Positions 1 through 14,700 of a DNA stretch of 29,624 nt are shown here, piece by piece. The notes beneath the pieces are model-generated. The model was not told where the DNA came from and did no database searches. It was given only the letters and a program-made list of their open reading frames with translations. Position 1 is the first letter of the stretch; each line of letters begins with the position of its first letter. Origin of the DNA: Trichoplax adhaerens (Eukaryota; Animalia; Placozoa); the NCBI RefSeq assembly GCF_000150275.1, contig NW_002060943.1:8843233-8872856 (forward strand), in the 5' to 3' direction. The translations under genes were made by a program, and so were the position numbers.

Positions 1-1039
1 GGTGAATAGTATAAAATCCACTGGTTAAATGATAATATCAAGATTGAAACACTAATCTAGAACTCCAACGATTTGACAGCGACATGAACAAATGTACGTA
101 CAGTACTGTCCCCAAATTTTATTACAGTCGTTGTCGCCTGCTATCAATTAATGCGAGCAGCAGCAGCAGCATCAGTATCAGTCTCTATTGCGTCAGCAAT
201 GAATAGAAAGCTCTTAGTCTAACCTAATTGCAAAAGCACGAATTATGGAGAACGCAATATACGTCCATGACAGTAACATACTACTTGAATTTGGGATTAA
301 AAAAGAAAGCACCTTTTGTTTTACATGCATGCATTGTATTTCAGTGATATATCATAGCTCTCTTCACTTCATCATTAGGACATTGCAGCAAGAATGTTTT
401 TGCTATCGTACTATAAGCAATCCATGTAAAAAATAAAAAGCGAATACCCTCCATTCTATTATTAGGCTGTTGAGAAGCAGGAAATCGCTGACTCGCTCTA
501 TGCTATTTGGTAATTTCCATCAAGATATAAAAGCATAGCGAAAAATCAAACCGTAATACCGTTAATGCCAGTACTGGCATTTGTCTTAAACTAACAGTAA
601 ATACAATAACCTCCATGATTCAAAATAAGATCCTACGTGTCTTGATACATGTAAAGAATCGGATGCGGTCGCATCGTAATTGGAGTATAATACCGTCAAT
701 AATAACCAAATTGTACATATCGGTAACGGCATTGAAAATCTTCTTTAAAAAAAGAGTACTGTAACAAGCCAATTTTACTTTTACAGCTACAATTGTATCG
801 CTATTTCTGTGATACTAACCGCCAAGAATCAAAATCTTTGGTTTGTTGCAGTCTTGCATGGTAGACCAAGCTACTTTCAGAGTTGAATGTTAATTTCGAC
901 ACTGTTGTGTTAGGGCATAAACTGAACCGAGTTGGCGATATTTCGATTTGATTATTTTGAGCTTGATTTCTATTCAAACATGCTGTACAGTATGTAGAGT
1001 ACAAGTATCGAATTTTTCATATCAGATTCAGGGCCAAGC

Positions 1040-1465
1040 AAGAAGCATTGGACAAAACCACACGGGTTTAGTCTTTTCTCTAACATCAAGTCTACTGCAC
1101 AGTGCAGTACAGTACACAGTACAGTACAGTAAGTATTCTCGTTTTGGTATTCATCAGACAACCCACATGGGTTGTCTCTTTTCTCTAAAATCAAGTATAC
1201 AGTGCAGTACAGTAAGTATTCTCGTTTTGGTATTCATTTGACAACCCATGTGACTCTAAATCAAGTATACAGTGCAATACAGTAAGTATTCTCGTTTTGG
1301 ACAACCACATGAGTTTAGTCTCTTCTCTAAAATCAAGTATACAGTAAGACAGTAAGTACAGTATTCTCGTTTTGGTATTCAGTGGACAAAACACCCGGGT
1401 TTACCCTTTTCTCTAAAATGAAGTACAGTATTACTGCAGTGCACAGTAAGTATTCAGGGTGTAGA
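1040..1465. repeat. Tandem repeat of a ~73-bp unit, about 5 copies. Each unit carries ...acaacccacatgggtt..tctcttttctctaaaatcaagtatacagtgcagtacagtaagtattctcgttttggtattcat...
   Basis: Direct reading. Near-identical units start around 1061, 1150, 1225, 1295 and 1370, each ending in gtaagtattctcgttttgg. Confidence 0.8.
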
Positions 1466-1589
1466 AATTCGATCTAGATTTAAAAAAAACAGATAAAATG
1501 ATCAAAACTTTAAGCAGATATACAGTTTTATGGGTTTTATTCGAAAATAAATCATAAAAATATTCACTGACTTATCTAGAAAGAAATTC

Positions 1590-2070
1590 TACACCTTGTA
1601 AGTATTCTGGTTTTGGGCAAAATACATATAGTACATGTACTGTACAGTGTACAGTACGTAGGTTTAGTCTTTTCTCTAAAACAAGTACTGTACACTGTAC
1701 AGTACAGTACAGTATTCTGATTTGGGTATTCAGTGAAGTACTGTACTGTACTGTACAGTACAGTACGGAGAACTCTAGACATGTACTGTACAGTCCTGTA
1801 CTGGACGGTATACAGTACTGTACTACAAAGTGTACAGTACAGTACAGTACTGTACAGTAGGATCCTTTTCCAAACCGATAAATCAGCACCTACAGTACAG
1901 TACTGTATTTTAGTTAAGCCGGCATTTTGTTCCCAAATCCGCTCCATTTTTATATTTAACTTCATATTAAAGAATTGGACACCAAAAAGATCACGCTGTA
2001 CTATATGTACAGCAAGTGCACATCTTGTCATCGGCTTGCCTACAGTACAGTACAGTACATGGCTTGTGAT
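1590..2070. repeat. Degenerate (GTACA/TACAG)n pentanucleotide satellite, rich in perfect palindromes such as gtactgtacagtac
   Basis: Runs such as gtactgtactgtactgtacagtacagtac (1738-1768), tgtacagtacagtacagtactgtacagtag (1836-1862) and ctacagtacagtacagtac (2040-2058). The spurious six-frame ORFs here encode YSTVQ-type repeat peptides. Confidence 0.85.
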
Positions 2071-2409
2071 GCACTCAAGTTGGATGTGTTACTTTATATA
2101 ACACTAGTGCAAACTCCCGTCGCTTTGCTGACGGTTTACGATAATGTGCTCATTTAACAGATAGTATTACCATTTGATAGACCTGTCAGATTAAAATAAA
2201 ATTAATAGTACAGTATAATAAGATTAAATTGATGAGATGGGTCACGAGCGAAATATTTCAATCGATTGAAGAACTAGAATATCTTGCACTTCATTAGGTT
2301 AAGCACCTCAATATCGCGACGTATATTTAAGGGTAAATTCTAGCATTTAATGAAATACAGTATGAAGATTATATACGTACACTACGGGAATGTAATCATA
2401 CTTCTTGTA

Positions 2410-2600
2410 CTGTAATGATTAGTTCAATCACACTACCTACGGCAATTAGTGTGGACAAACGAATAGTGTAGGTTCCTAATTAGTGTTAACCACGTTAAAT
2501 ATGGTATTACCCAAAATGTGCTAACGACCCACACTAAATATGATATTACCAAAAATGTGCTAACTACCCACACTAACTGCCGTGCCCAGAGTCAGTGTTG
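2410..2600. repeat. Cluster of CACACTA / TAGTGTG heptamer motifs (at least 6 occurrences), including a ~41-bp direct repeat (about 2500-2581) and a small hairpin cacactacctacggcaattagtgtgg
   Basis: Read directly: ccacactaaatatgatattaccaaaaatgtgctaac occurs twice with minor changes. An inverted heptamer pair sits at 2419-2445. Confidence 0.6.
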
Positions 2601-3034
2601 GCTGATTTTAATACAACTATGCTACGAAAGTACCGATATTATCAAGTCGTTTTGCAAAATGGTTTCAACATTTGCAAATAATGAAACAAAATAAAGATTT
2701 TTCTAGCCTAATAGTAAATTGTCATTATTTAAGTTGTAATACATCAGTTTCAAGTAAAGCCTGCAGGACATACACCATTCGAAGAGCTTTATTTCGCATT
2801 CTGTGAGGGCTTAGTACGCAATTACTATTATCAGCTGATACATGCACTTAGCGCCAACTCACCACCAAGGTACAGAATTAACGTCGCTGCCACTTATAGC
2901 ATCTGCTACTTATTGTATTACACGAGTGTCCAGAGATATTCGAAGAATTTCAAATAAAGCAATTGAACTTCCAACTATTTACAACGGAATGTATCTTGCA
3001 TTCTATTGCAACTGCAATTGCAGCGATTAGAATT

Positions 3035-6974
<3,940 letters not shown>

Positions 6975-8119
6975 TTGAAAAATACTCTATACAATTGTAC
7001 ATGGTAACCATTTGTATTATGTAGCAGACTTATTTATTGCGTTTTTACGGTTATCAGGCTTGCTGCTGTATATTAGAGTGGTATGTTACAGTTTTAGTAA
7101 GGTGACAAAAACAGACATCAACAGGTTGTAGTAGTATTTATGCAATAGAACGACTAACAAATTTAATTGGATGAATAAATGAGGTATCTGTTATTAGTTT
7201 CCATGCATGTGGCTTTGTAACAGTATATCATTCTTTATGAAACGATGGCAACTGCAAAGTATGAAGCAGCAGAATCCGTAGGTCACATTCACTTACAATG
7301 CAATTCTAACTTTTATTCAGAATTAGGAGTAGTGTCGCATAGCCAAAAAAAAGTAGTACTAGGAAGTAGATCTAATTGTTTACGTGTATTAGAGGTCTGG
7401 TATTTGGGTTAAGCGACGACAAAGAGTTACTGGCATACGTACAATGTGTGTTGTTAACAACAATATGACATATACAGTACAGTAGTGTATGCTTGAATTC
7501 AGCGTCATCAAATAAAATTTAATTTAATATACTAGGAGTCAATATCGGTGGTATACCGTACACTATAGACTATCATCATTTGCATCATATCGATGTAAAT
7601 TTACAATGAACAACGCTGCAGTAAATATTCATGTGAGAATATTAGCTTGATCGAGGTAGCCCTCCCTTCAGGCTATACGCGTACTGTTCAGAAGCTGAGC
7701 TCTCTTTACTAAATGTTGCAGCTAAAATATCTTACACTGGATTGTGCCGAGTGCTAATTACATCCTGCTTGCTGTCTAGCTATAAGCTGGGGAAAAATGA
7801 TATCTATCTGCTTTAATACCACATTCTTATTGATTGACAGGTTAACTTGTAAATCCCTCTAGGCTGTCATTCACTTTGTATACTGCACTGAGTAGTTTTA
7901 TAAAATGGTTGGTTTGATAACTTAGCGATCTGCACTATACTGTACAGTTATTGCAGCATAGCAATTGCCAGTAAACAATGTGATCTCTTTGTTACACCAA
8001 GATTCTACGGCATACAGCTTTTTTATCGATACATCTGTAACAGCTCTGTTGTGTATTAAATAACGAACCTTCTGTCAGTGATGGACTTTCCACTTCATCC
8101 ATGCTGGCTTGTGATTTTG

Positions 8120-8175
8120 TGGGGGGGCTAGCATTTAGCATCTAGCATTTAGCAATAGCATTTAGCTTGCTAGAG
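8120..8175. repeat. G-tract (gtgggggggc) followed by a (TAGCATT)n-like tandem: gctagcatttagcatctagcatttagcaatagcatttagcttgctag
   Basis: Read directly. Confidence 0.7.
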
Positions 8176-8204
8176 GAGGAGGAGCACACGAGGATTTACA
8201 ATTT

Positions 8205-8360
8205 AGAGTACAAGTACTTTACAGTACAATGTACTGTGAAGGTATACAGTACCAACCCGTACTGTACTGTACCGTACTTTGTATTGTAGACGTTATTACA
8301 GGCCCACTATCAATCTATTGTACTGTACAGTCTACTGTACTGTAATAGTACTGTAGTAAT
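8205..8360. repeat. (GTACA/TACAG)n palindromic satellite patch just upstream of the TEP1-like start
   Basis: gtacaagtactttacagtacaatgtactgtgaaggtatacagtacc...gtactgtactgtaccgtac...tgtactgtacagtctactgtactgtaatagtactgtag. Confidence 0.8.
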
Positions 8361-8563
8361 AATAACACTGGTGTGTGTCATTGAAATGACGTAATTTACT
8401 GAGAGTAAAGTGAAGTGAATTCATTACACTGACGCTTGCCGTCTGAGTGGTACTGTACGACTCGTATCAAGCGGTCGGTATCCACGCAACCTATCTGCTG
8501 TGTCGGCGATCAAAATAAGATGGACGTTCTTTTTCGCCTATGAAAATCTCAATATAACCAACT

Positions 8564-8717
8564 ATGTCTGAAAGTAAAGCGAATACTAGTGGAAGTTCAT
8601 TGACTGCTAATAGGAATCTGTTGAGTACAACTGGTGTTGGACTTGATAGCGGCAGTTCCACAGCATTATCGAGTAATCTATTGTCCACAAAGTCTACTCT
8701 ATTGACCACCGTTGAAG
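8564..8717 (+). CDS. TEP1: TEP1-like exon 1: MSESKANTSGSSLTANRNLLSTTGVGLDSGSSTALSSNLLSTKSTLLTTVE(A)
   Basis: This is the first in-frame ATG. Its 51 codons plus 1 nt phase correctly into the acceptor at 9027-9028 (ccatacag|cc). An untranslated upstream exon cannot be excluded. Confidence 0.6.
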
Positions 8718-11700
8718 GTACTGATTGAGATACGAGTTAATGGAACATGCAATACTTTCCATTTATCACATAGTATGTAGTTAGAAAGATACTAGACGAT
8801 CTTATGAAATAGTTGCTTTCTATCCATGATAAATAATAATTAAACAATGTATCCGTAATTCTTTATAACGAATATTTTAGAGATTACAACGTCTAATAGC
8901 ATCGTCTAGTAACGCCTTTGCGCTAGAGCTTATAAATAAAACAAGGATACCTTTGAAGTCTTGGATCCAACATCATAATAGGATAATGCAATAGACTGAT
9001 TGCTTGATTTTATTATATTTCCATACAGCCAGACAAAGTCGCCAAAATGCAGCTATGGCGAAATCACATCCAACACCGATGAGCAATCTGTATTCATTGG
9101 CTAATCCTAATCTTAAATTTACCAGTTTAGGTGGTACTCCACAAAGTATGCATGTATCCACGATCAGTTCAACCATGAAGGTAAATACTGAATTGAATAA
9201 ATTAACTCATCCTACACCTGCAGTTGCCAACTTATCACAGCAAAATAACTGGACCATGGGACAGTCAACTGCAGCGAAGAAAACTAATTTATTAAGCTCA
9301 AATATGAACAAGCGTCACTGTAGCGGTCACGCTTTAACCAACTATCAATTGCAACAAAGTACCAGTATTAAACCGAAAACGCTTAGGACTCTCTCCAGTA
9401 TAGATAATACTAAGAGCCAAATTGGTGATGTTACCATTGGGAAACAAGTTACCAATGATGATCAAATATTAAATGATCGATTAAGGTTATTATCTTCTCA
9501 TACAGTTCATACCTACTTATTATTAAGGATAGTGATAGATAATAAATGGTATAATACCTTAAATTGCGCCGTCAACATTATATTATGATATCAAATTAAT
9601 TTCTATAATATAAAAACAGTGATATTAAATATATATATATATATAAATATATTTATATTCTCTATCTTAAGCTAATTGGTAATGTCAGTACTACAGTAAT
9701 ATGATCGATTAAATGGTGTTGTTGTATTAGTTCAATGATGTACGTACACTTTAACCTATATTTAGGAAATCCAAAATTAATCAGTAAAATTACGGTCAAT
9801 GTGCATTGCTGCATATCGAAAATTTGGCCCAAAGTGATTATTTTATTTTTTACATTTTCATGCCTCCTTCGATAGCAACGTTGTCGACGAAGAAGAAATG
9901 ATTCCAACTCCGGAATACGATCTTAAGGATTGGAAAAGCACCTCTGAAGATGATTTTGACGCAGAGGATCATATGGAAAAGCTCTATGCACCACCCAAGA
10001 CTAGTTCAGATATTAGTAACTTGAAGGTTATATTCCCTTTTTATCGCTTAACCTTTGCTTACCGTTATAGAAATAAATCGCATGTCAGTCTACTACAGCA
10101 CAGCGTATGTCAATAATAAATAAATATACCAACACTATACTATACTGTATATAGCCATTAATATCAATTTTTTTTAATTTTCTAGAAATGCTTAATCAAC
10201 GCTGCTTCCTCGTCATTGATTGGCTCTCCTGATTTTAAAAGTAGAAAAGATTTCACCAGGCGGCAGCTGAAATTTTTAGCTAACAAAATCCAGATTTATG
10301 ACCCAGAATTCATTCTTAAAGTACGTCTTACATATATTGTATCCCTACTCAAACTGCTCTCTACCTATCAACTCAACTATTAATACACGCCATCGAATAT
10401 GTCCTATAATGACTGTTATACAACAGATCTAAAATGCGTAATATATTATTACATAATTTTGCTTAAATGCTATATTACAAAAATAATCTAAGGTCCTTTT
10501 TAAATTTCTTTGAAGGTTTCGTTGTATACACGCCAAGAGTTAGGAATACGTACTGCTGCTAATTTCTTATTGGCACTGGCAGCTAACATTCAAGCTTGTA
10601 GACCTTATCTGAAGAAATACTTTTCTACAATAATTAGACTACCATCGGACTGGATTGAAGTTGCCGAATTATACCAGGTACAATAATCTCGTATAATTAT
10701 GCGAAATATTATTTTCAGACTATTATACTGTACGTGCAATATTATGTTTTCTGATTTTTATCCGTAATAAATTTCTATTCTATTTTTAATCCTGGCCCTC
10801 TTGAAATTAGTCACTACATGATAAAACTATAAGGATAGGATCTTTACCTAAGGCTCTACGGAAGGTCATGGTAGATAAATTCGGTGGCTTTGACGAATAT
10901 CAGTTGGGTAATGCTATAGATTAGGATGTAGTAATATACAAAAATTCTCAGATAATATAATTGTAATATAACAGTACGCTTGTGTATATATTTGATAGCT
11001 AAATATAATAGACAAAAGAGAAAAAAATCAAGCCAGAATAAGAAAACGGATAAAACTTCACAGTTGGATCAAGCGGAATCAAATAATTACGCCTCAGAAT
11101 TCAACGATATTATTTTCAGTGATGACTCCGAAGACGAAGAAGAAACAGTTCAAATGATGTTTACCTTAAAACAGTTAATTCGAAAATTGCATATAATCCA
11201 GCCAGCTGAACATGTTATGGCATTAATTGGAAAAAAGTAATATATACAGTAGATTGCGAGCACATGTAACACTGTAGTAAAAGTAAATAATAGAATCAGT
11301 TTTACTGTTGTAAATTTTTTCTGTAACTACATAATAATCTGTGATACCTGTCCACTAGATATCCTGTAGACTTAGAAAGTTTTCATAAGAGTGGCTTGTC
11401 TGGTATTTGGAATTCGGTAAGACACTTTCTTATTCTTGTTAATTATGTAACATATAATATGCATAAATTACTTATTCATGAATATTACATATACACGTAA
11501 CAGGAACGAGCTAACAAGCGAATGAAATTACCAGTTCCTGAAACTTGGGAAACGCAGTTATCATTGCATGGTAATAAAGCTTCAACATGGGAAACTCTAA
11601 TTGGTAAGTCATTAAGATTAGCCACAGGACATATACGTTACCTTAGTTTACAGCATCTTTGCATAATATGACACTAATGGCATTCATGTTTAGTGCAATG

Positions 11701-14700
11701 CGTAATCACTTAGCAACACCTATGTGATCAATTTTGTGATTATTTTAGAGCACCAGAAGTTACCATTTATAGCCACTTTAAGGAATTTAAGAAATCTAAT
11801 TAAGGCTGGGATCAGCGACAAGCATCATAACCGGATTATTCGTAGACTTGAAAATGAAGTAAAGAGTATTTTATCCCCTTGTTTATATACAAATTATTCA
11901 CGAAATAACGGATTTCAATTAAAATAATGTTGATTGATACCTGATTGGTTAACTGATTAATTTTTAGAATTCAGTTATCAACAGCAAATTATTCCCTTTT
12001 CGTTTCTTTACGGCTTTTGAAGCTATCAATGGATATGAAAAGACGTCGCAAGGTATAGTTATTTACGTCCTCAAAATTTATCTACGATACTGAAATATCT
12101 AACGGCTGTTATCAGAGATATAAGTGTCTTTTGGGATAATGGTTCTTATTTATTCATATACATTTTTGTTGGCAAATATTTTGAAGCTGGAGAATCTGGT
12201 AATCGCTTTAACAGGAAGTTTAAAAAATCAAATACGAAAAAAAAGAAACAGGTTGAGATGTAAGTAGATGTTGGTAATCTGTTTAACTAGCATTGCTGAA
12301 TATGAATAAAAATTACTTTTTAACTTCACCTTTAGGCAAAAAACGGTTTCTGAAGCGCTTCTCAAACGATACAGGGAAGCATTAGATAATGCTGTAAAGG
12401 TAGCTACAAATCACAACGTTGCTCCTATTTGTGGCTCAACCCTCATTTTATGTAATGTTGCTGACGTGATGAAGATTCCTTGTACTGCAGCAAGAGGTCT
12501 TGGTAAACCTAGAACGGTAAATTTACCTTATCACGAATTCTTTAAGCTTCATCATAAGCGTTTACCAAATAGGTAATCTGCTTACCACTATGATTGCTGA
12601 TGAGATATCTGTACTTTATTAGTTGCTAGAAGTTGGCATTTTGTTAGGCTTAATGTTCAGATACTCCTGCGAACAGTCTGAATTCATCATTTATGCTGAT
12701 AACTGGAAAAAGATTGACGTATTCAACACTAATAGCATTCTTGAAAATACCGAGTCTATCTGCACGCTAGTTGAAGTTAGTGAATATCACACGTTCTTAT
12801 TTTAATACCCCTAACAGTATAATTGTATACAGCAATGATGTCGATATCTTTCTTTGATTTTACTACAAAGAAATCAATGATCACTACAAGTCCAAACGGA
12901 TTCCCTGAACAAGAAATGCTGAAATATCTTAAAGACCGAATTCAGGTGTTTAGCAAGCCATTCATAGTCTTTTTATAGATGAGCTATATTTATTTAATAC
13001 GCTGTCGTTTATTTTCAAACGATACTATTTGGCTATTGTAGCTTGACAACCTCATTCTCCTTTCGAATGGATCAAGCGAAGTGCCTAATCACAGCGTTAT
13101 GAATAGTTTTCTAACCAAATATAGAAGAGTAGTAAATCCGAATCTACTTTACGTTAATGTGAATTTAAGCGGAAAAGTAACTGGGTGAGTTATATATATT
13201 TAAATGCAGTCAGTATTGCAATCTTAATCATTAACATAATAATTCGATATATTCTTACTGTTTATAGATTTGATAGAAATAAGAAACTCAGCCATGAAAA
13301 TGATGTTTACGTTACTGGGTTTAGCGACCAAATCTTAAAGTTAGTACTTTATAGCCAATATTATTATACTAAAATTGAATTCCTTTGTTGATGTCAGTAC
13401 TTCCTGTTAATAAGTATACTGCTTACCATAATTATTATTCATACTACTAAATTTTTAAGTAAAGTCGAAACTTTTGATGCGTTTTCAGTCGTTCAGAAAT
13501 TACTTTGCATCTACAATAAAATATTATTTTTATTCATCATTATAAAAAGAAATAGCTTTATTATGTTGTATTTGTCTAAATTTATTATTTAGAAATATTT
13601 ACATCTGCTTTTTATACGTATACGTATTTTATAATAGATTTGTGGCTGATAGAGGAGGGGATGGACAGTTAATCAACGTGGAGAATATTGATAATGCTTA
13701 TAAACTGAAATCTATCAAGATACCTAATGTAATAGGGTTTTTAATGAATAAAAGTAGATCTGAAAAGCTCTCTTGCTAATGTAATATCATTATCTTATAA
13801 TTTGATCAGGCTATCTCAAGTGTTGATAAAAGTGAGGACAAATCGTATGGTATCGGAACTTTTGATATGTTTTTACCAAGGTCTTTAAAATCTGTCTTTA
13901 CGATAATTCTGCATTATCAGCTCCATAGATCATTCCCGAAACTACAACATTCTGATGTAAATTCCCTACATTTTTAGGTGGAAAACCGTTCGTGTTTTCA
14001 TATCATCTACGTTCTTAGATATGCATGGTGAAAGAGATATTTTAACAAGGTATGTTTTTCCGGAGTTACGCGCAAGATGCCAGCGTCATTTTCTGAATAT
14101 TTTTGAAGTGGACCTTCGTTGGGGTATCAACGAAGCTGACATACAACATAATAGGTAAAATTTAAATACAAGCGTTATAATAAATATAGTAGTAGCAAAT
14201 TAAAAGATAGTATACAAATACTGAATTAATTCATCAATTTTTGTTTACAGTATGCTCGAATTATGTTTAACTGAAGTCCAACGAAGTGATTATTTTATTG
14301 CTATACTTGGTCAACGATATGGTTGGTGCCCTAAAGAGTATGAAGTTCCACCAACTAGCGAATTTGATTGGGTAAGAAACTATCCGCCAAATAGGTCGGT
14401 GACCGAGCTAGAAATCCAACAAGCTATATTCAATAACCCATCCGAAGCAATTCGAAAATGCTTTTGTTATATCAGAGATAACACTTTTGAGAGGTAAGCA
14501 GATAATGAAATGTTTTATCAATTTATGATCTCTGCTTATGTTACAAACGATAAACTCTTACACATCGTCGCAATATCGATCTTAGATTTCTGTTCTTAAT
14601 TAACTGGATCTAATATAGTTTTTCATTTTTCCGTTCTAAGTGATATACCTAAGAACTGGCTATTACAATTTGTCGATGATTCTGATATTGCAAAGGAGAA

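Larger units (their letters stand above)
6975..8563. promoter_or_regulatory. Divergent intergenic region between the PRMT3 (-) and TEP1-like (+) 5' ends. Putative bidirectional promoter.
   Basis: The call follows from the head-to-head gene arrangement. The region contains a G-tract, short tandem repeats and satellite repeats. No core promoter element can be assigned with confidence. Confidence 0.4.

Noticed and set aside
150-185. (CAG)n / CAGCAT microrepeat, gcagcagcagcagcagcatcagtatcagt
   Set aside because: It is real but short, with no coding or regulatory context I can support. It is noted only as a simple repeat.
245-436. 63-aa plus-strand ORF 245-436 near the window start
   Set aside because: It has no recognisable domain, and AT-rich DNA readily gives ORFs of this size by chance.
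1040-1465. Possible CRISPR-like array (a regular ~73-bp periodicity)
   Set aside because: The whole unit is repeated, with no unique spacers. The context is eukaryotic. It is a tandem satellite.
1572-2157. Several overlapping 100-150-aa ORFs on both strands (for example 1576-2031 on the minus strand and 1733-2101 on the plus strand)
   Set aside because: They are artefacts of the stop-poor (GTACA)n satellite and translate to YSTVQ/LYCTV repeat peptides. They have no start, stop or splice context.
2842-3030. 62-aa plus-strand ORF 2842-3030
   Set aside because: It lies antisense and just 3' of the PRMT3 stop (3035). It is likely 3'-UTR complement and has no homology.
8491-9176. Minus-strand ORFs 8491-8709 and 8973-9176, antisense to TEP1-like exons 1 and 2
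   Set aside because: They are antisense shadows of real plus-strand low-complexity exons and have no homology.
9662-9907. Minus-strand ORF 9662-9907 inside a TEP1-like intron
   Set aside because: It has no homology and no splice context, and it overlaps the acceptor of the 9876 exon.
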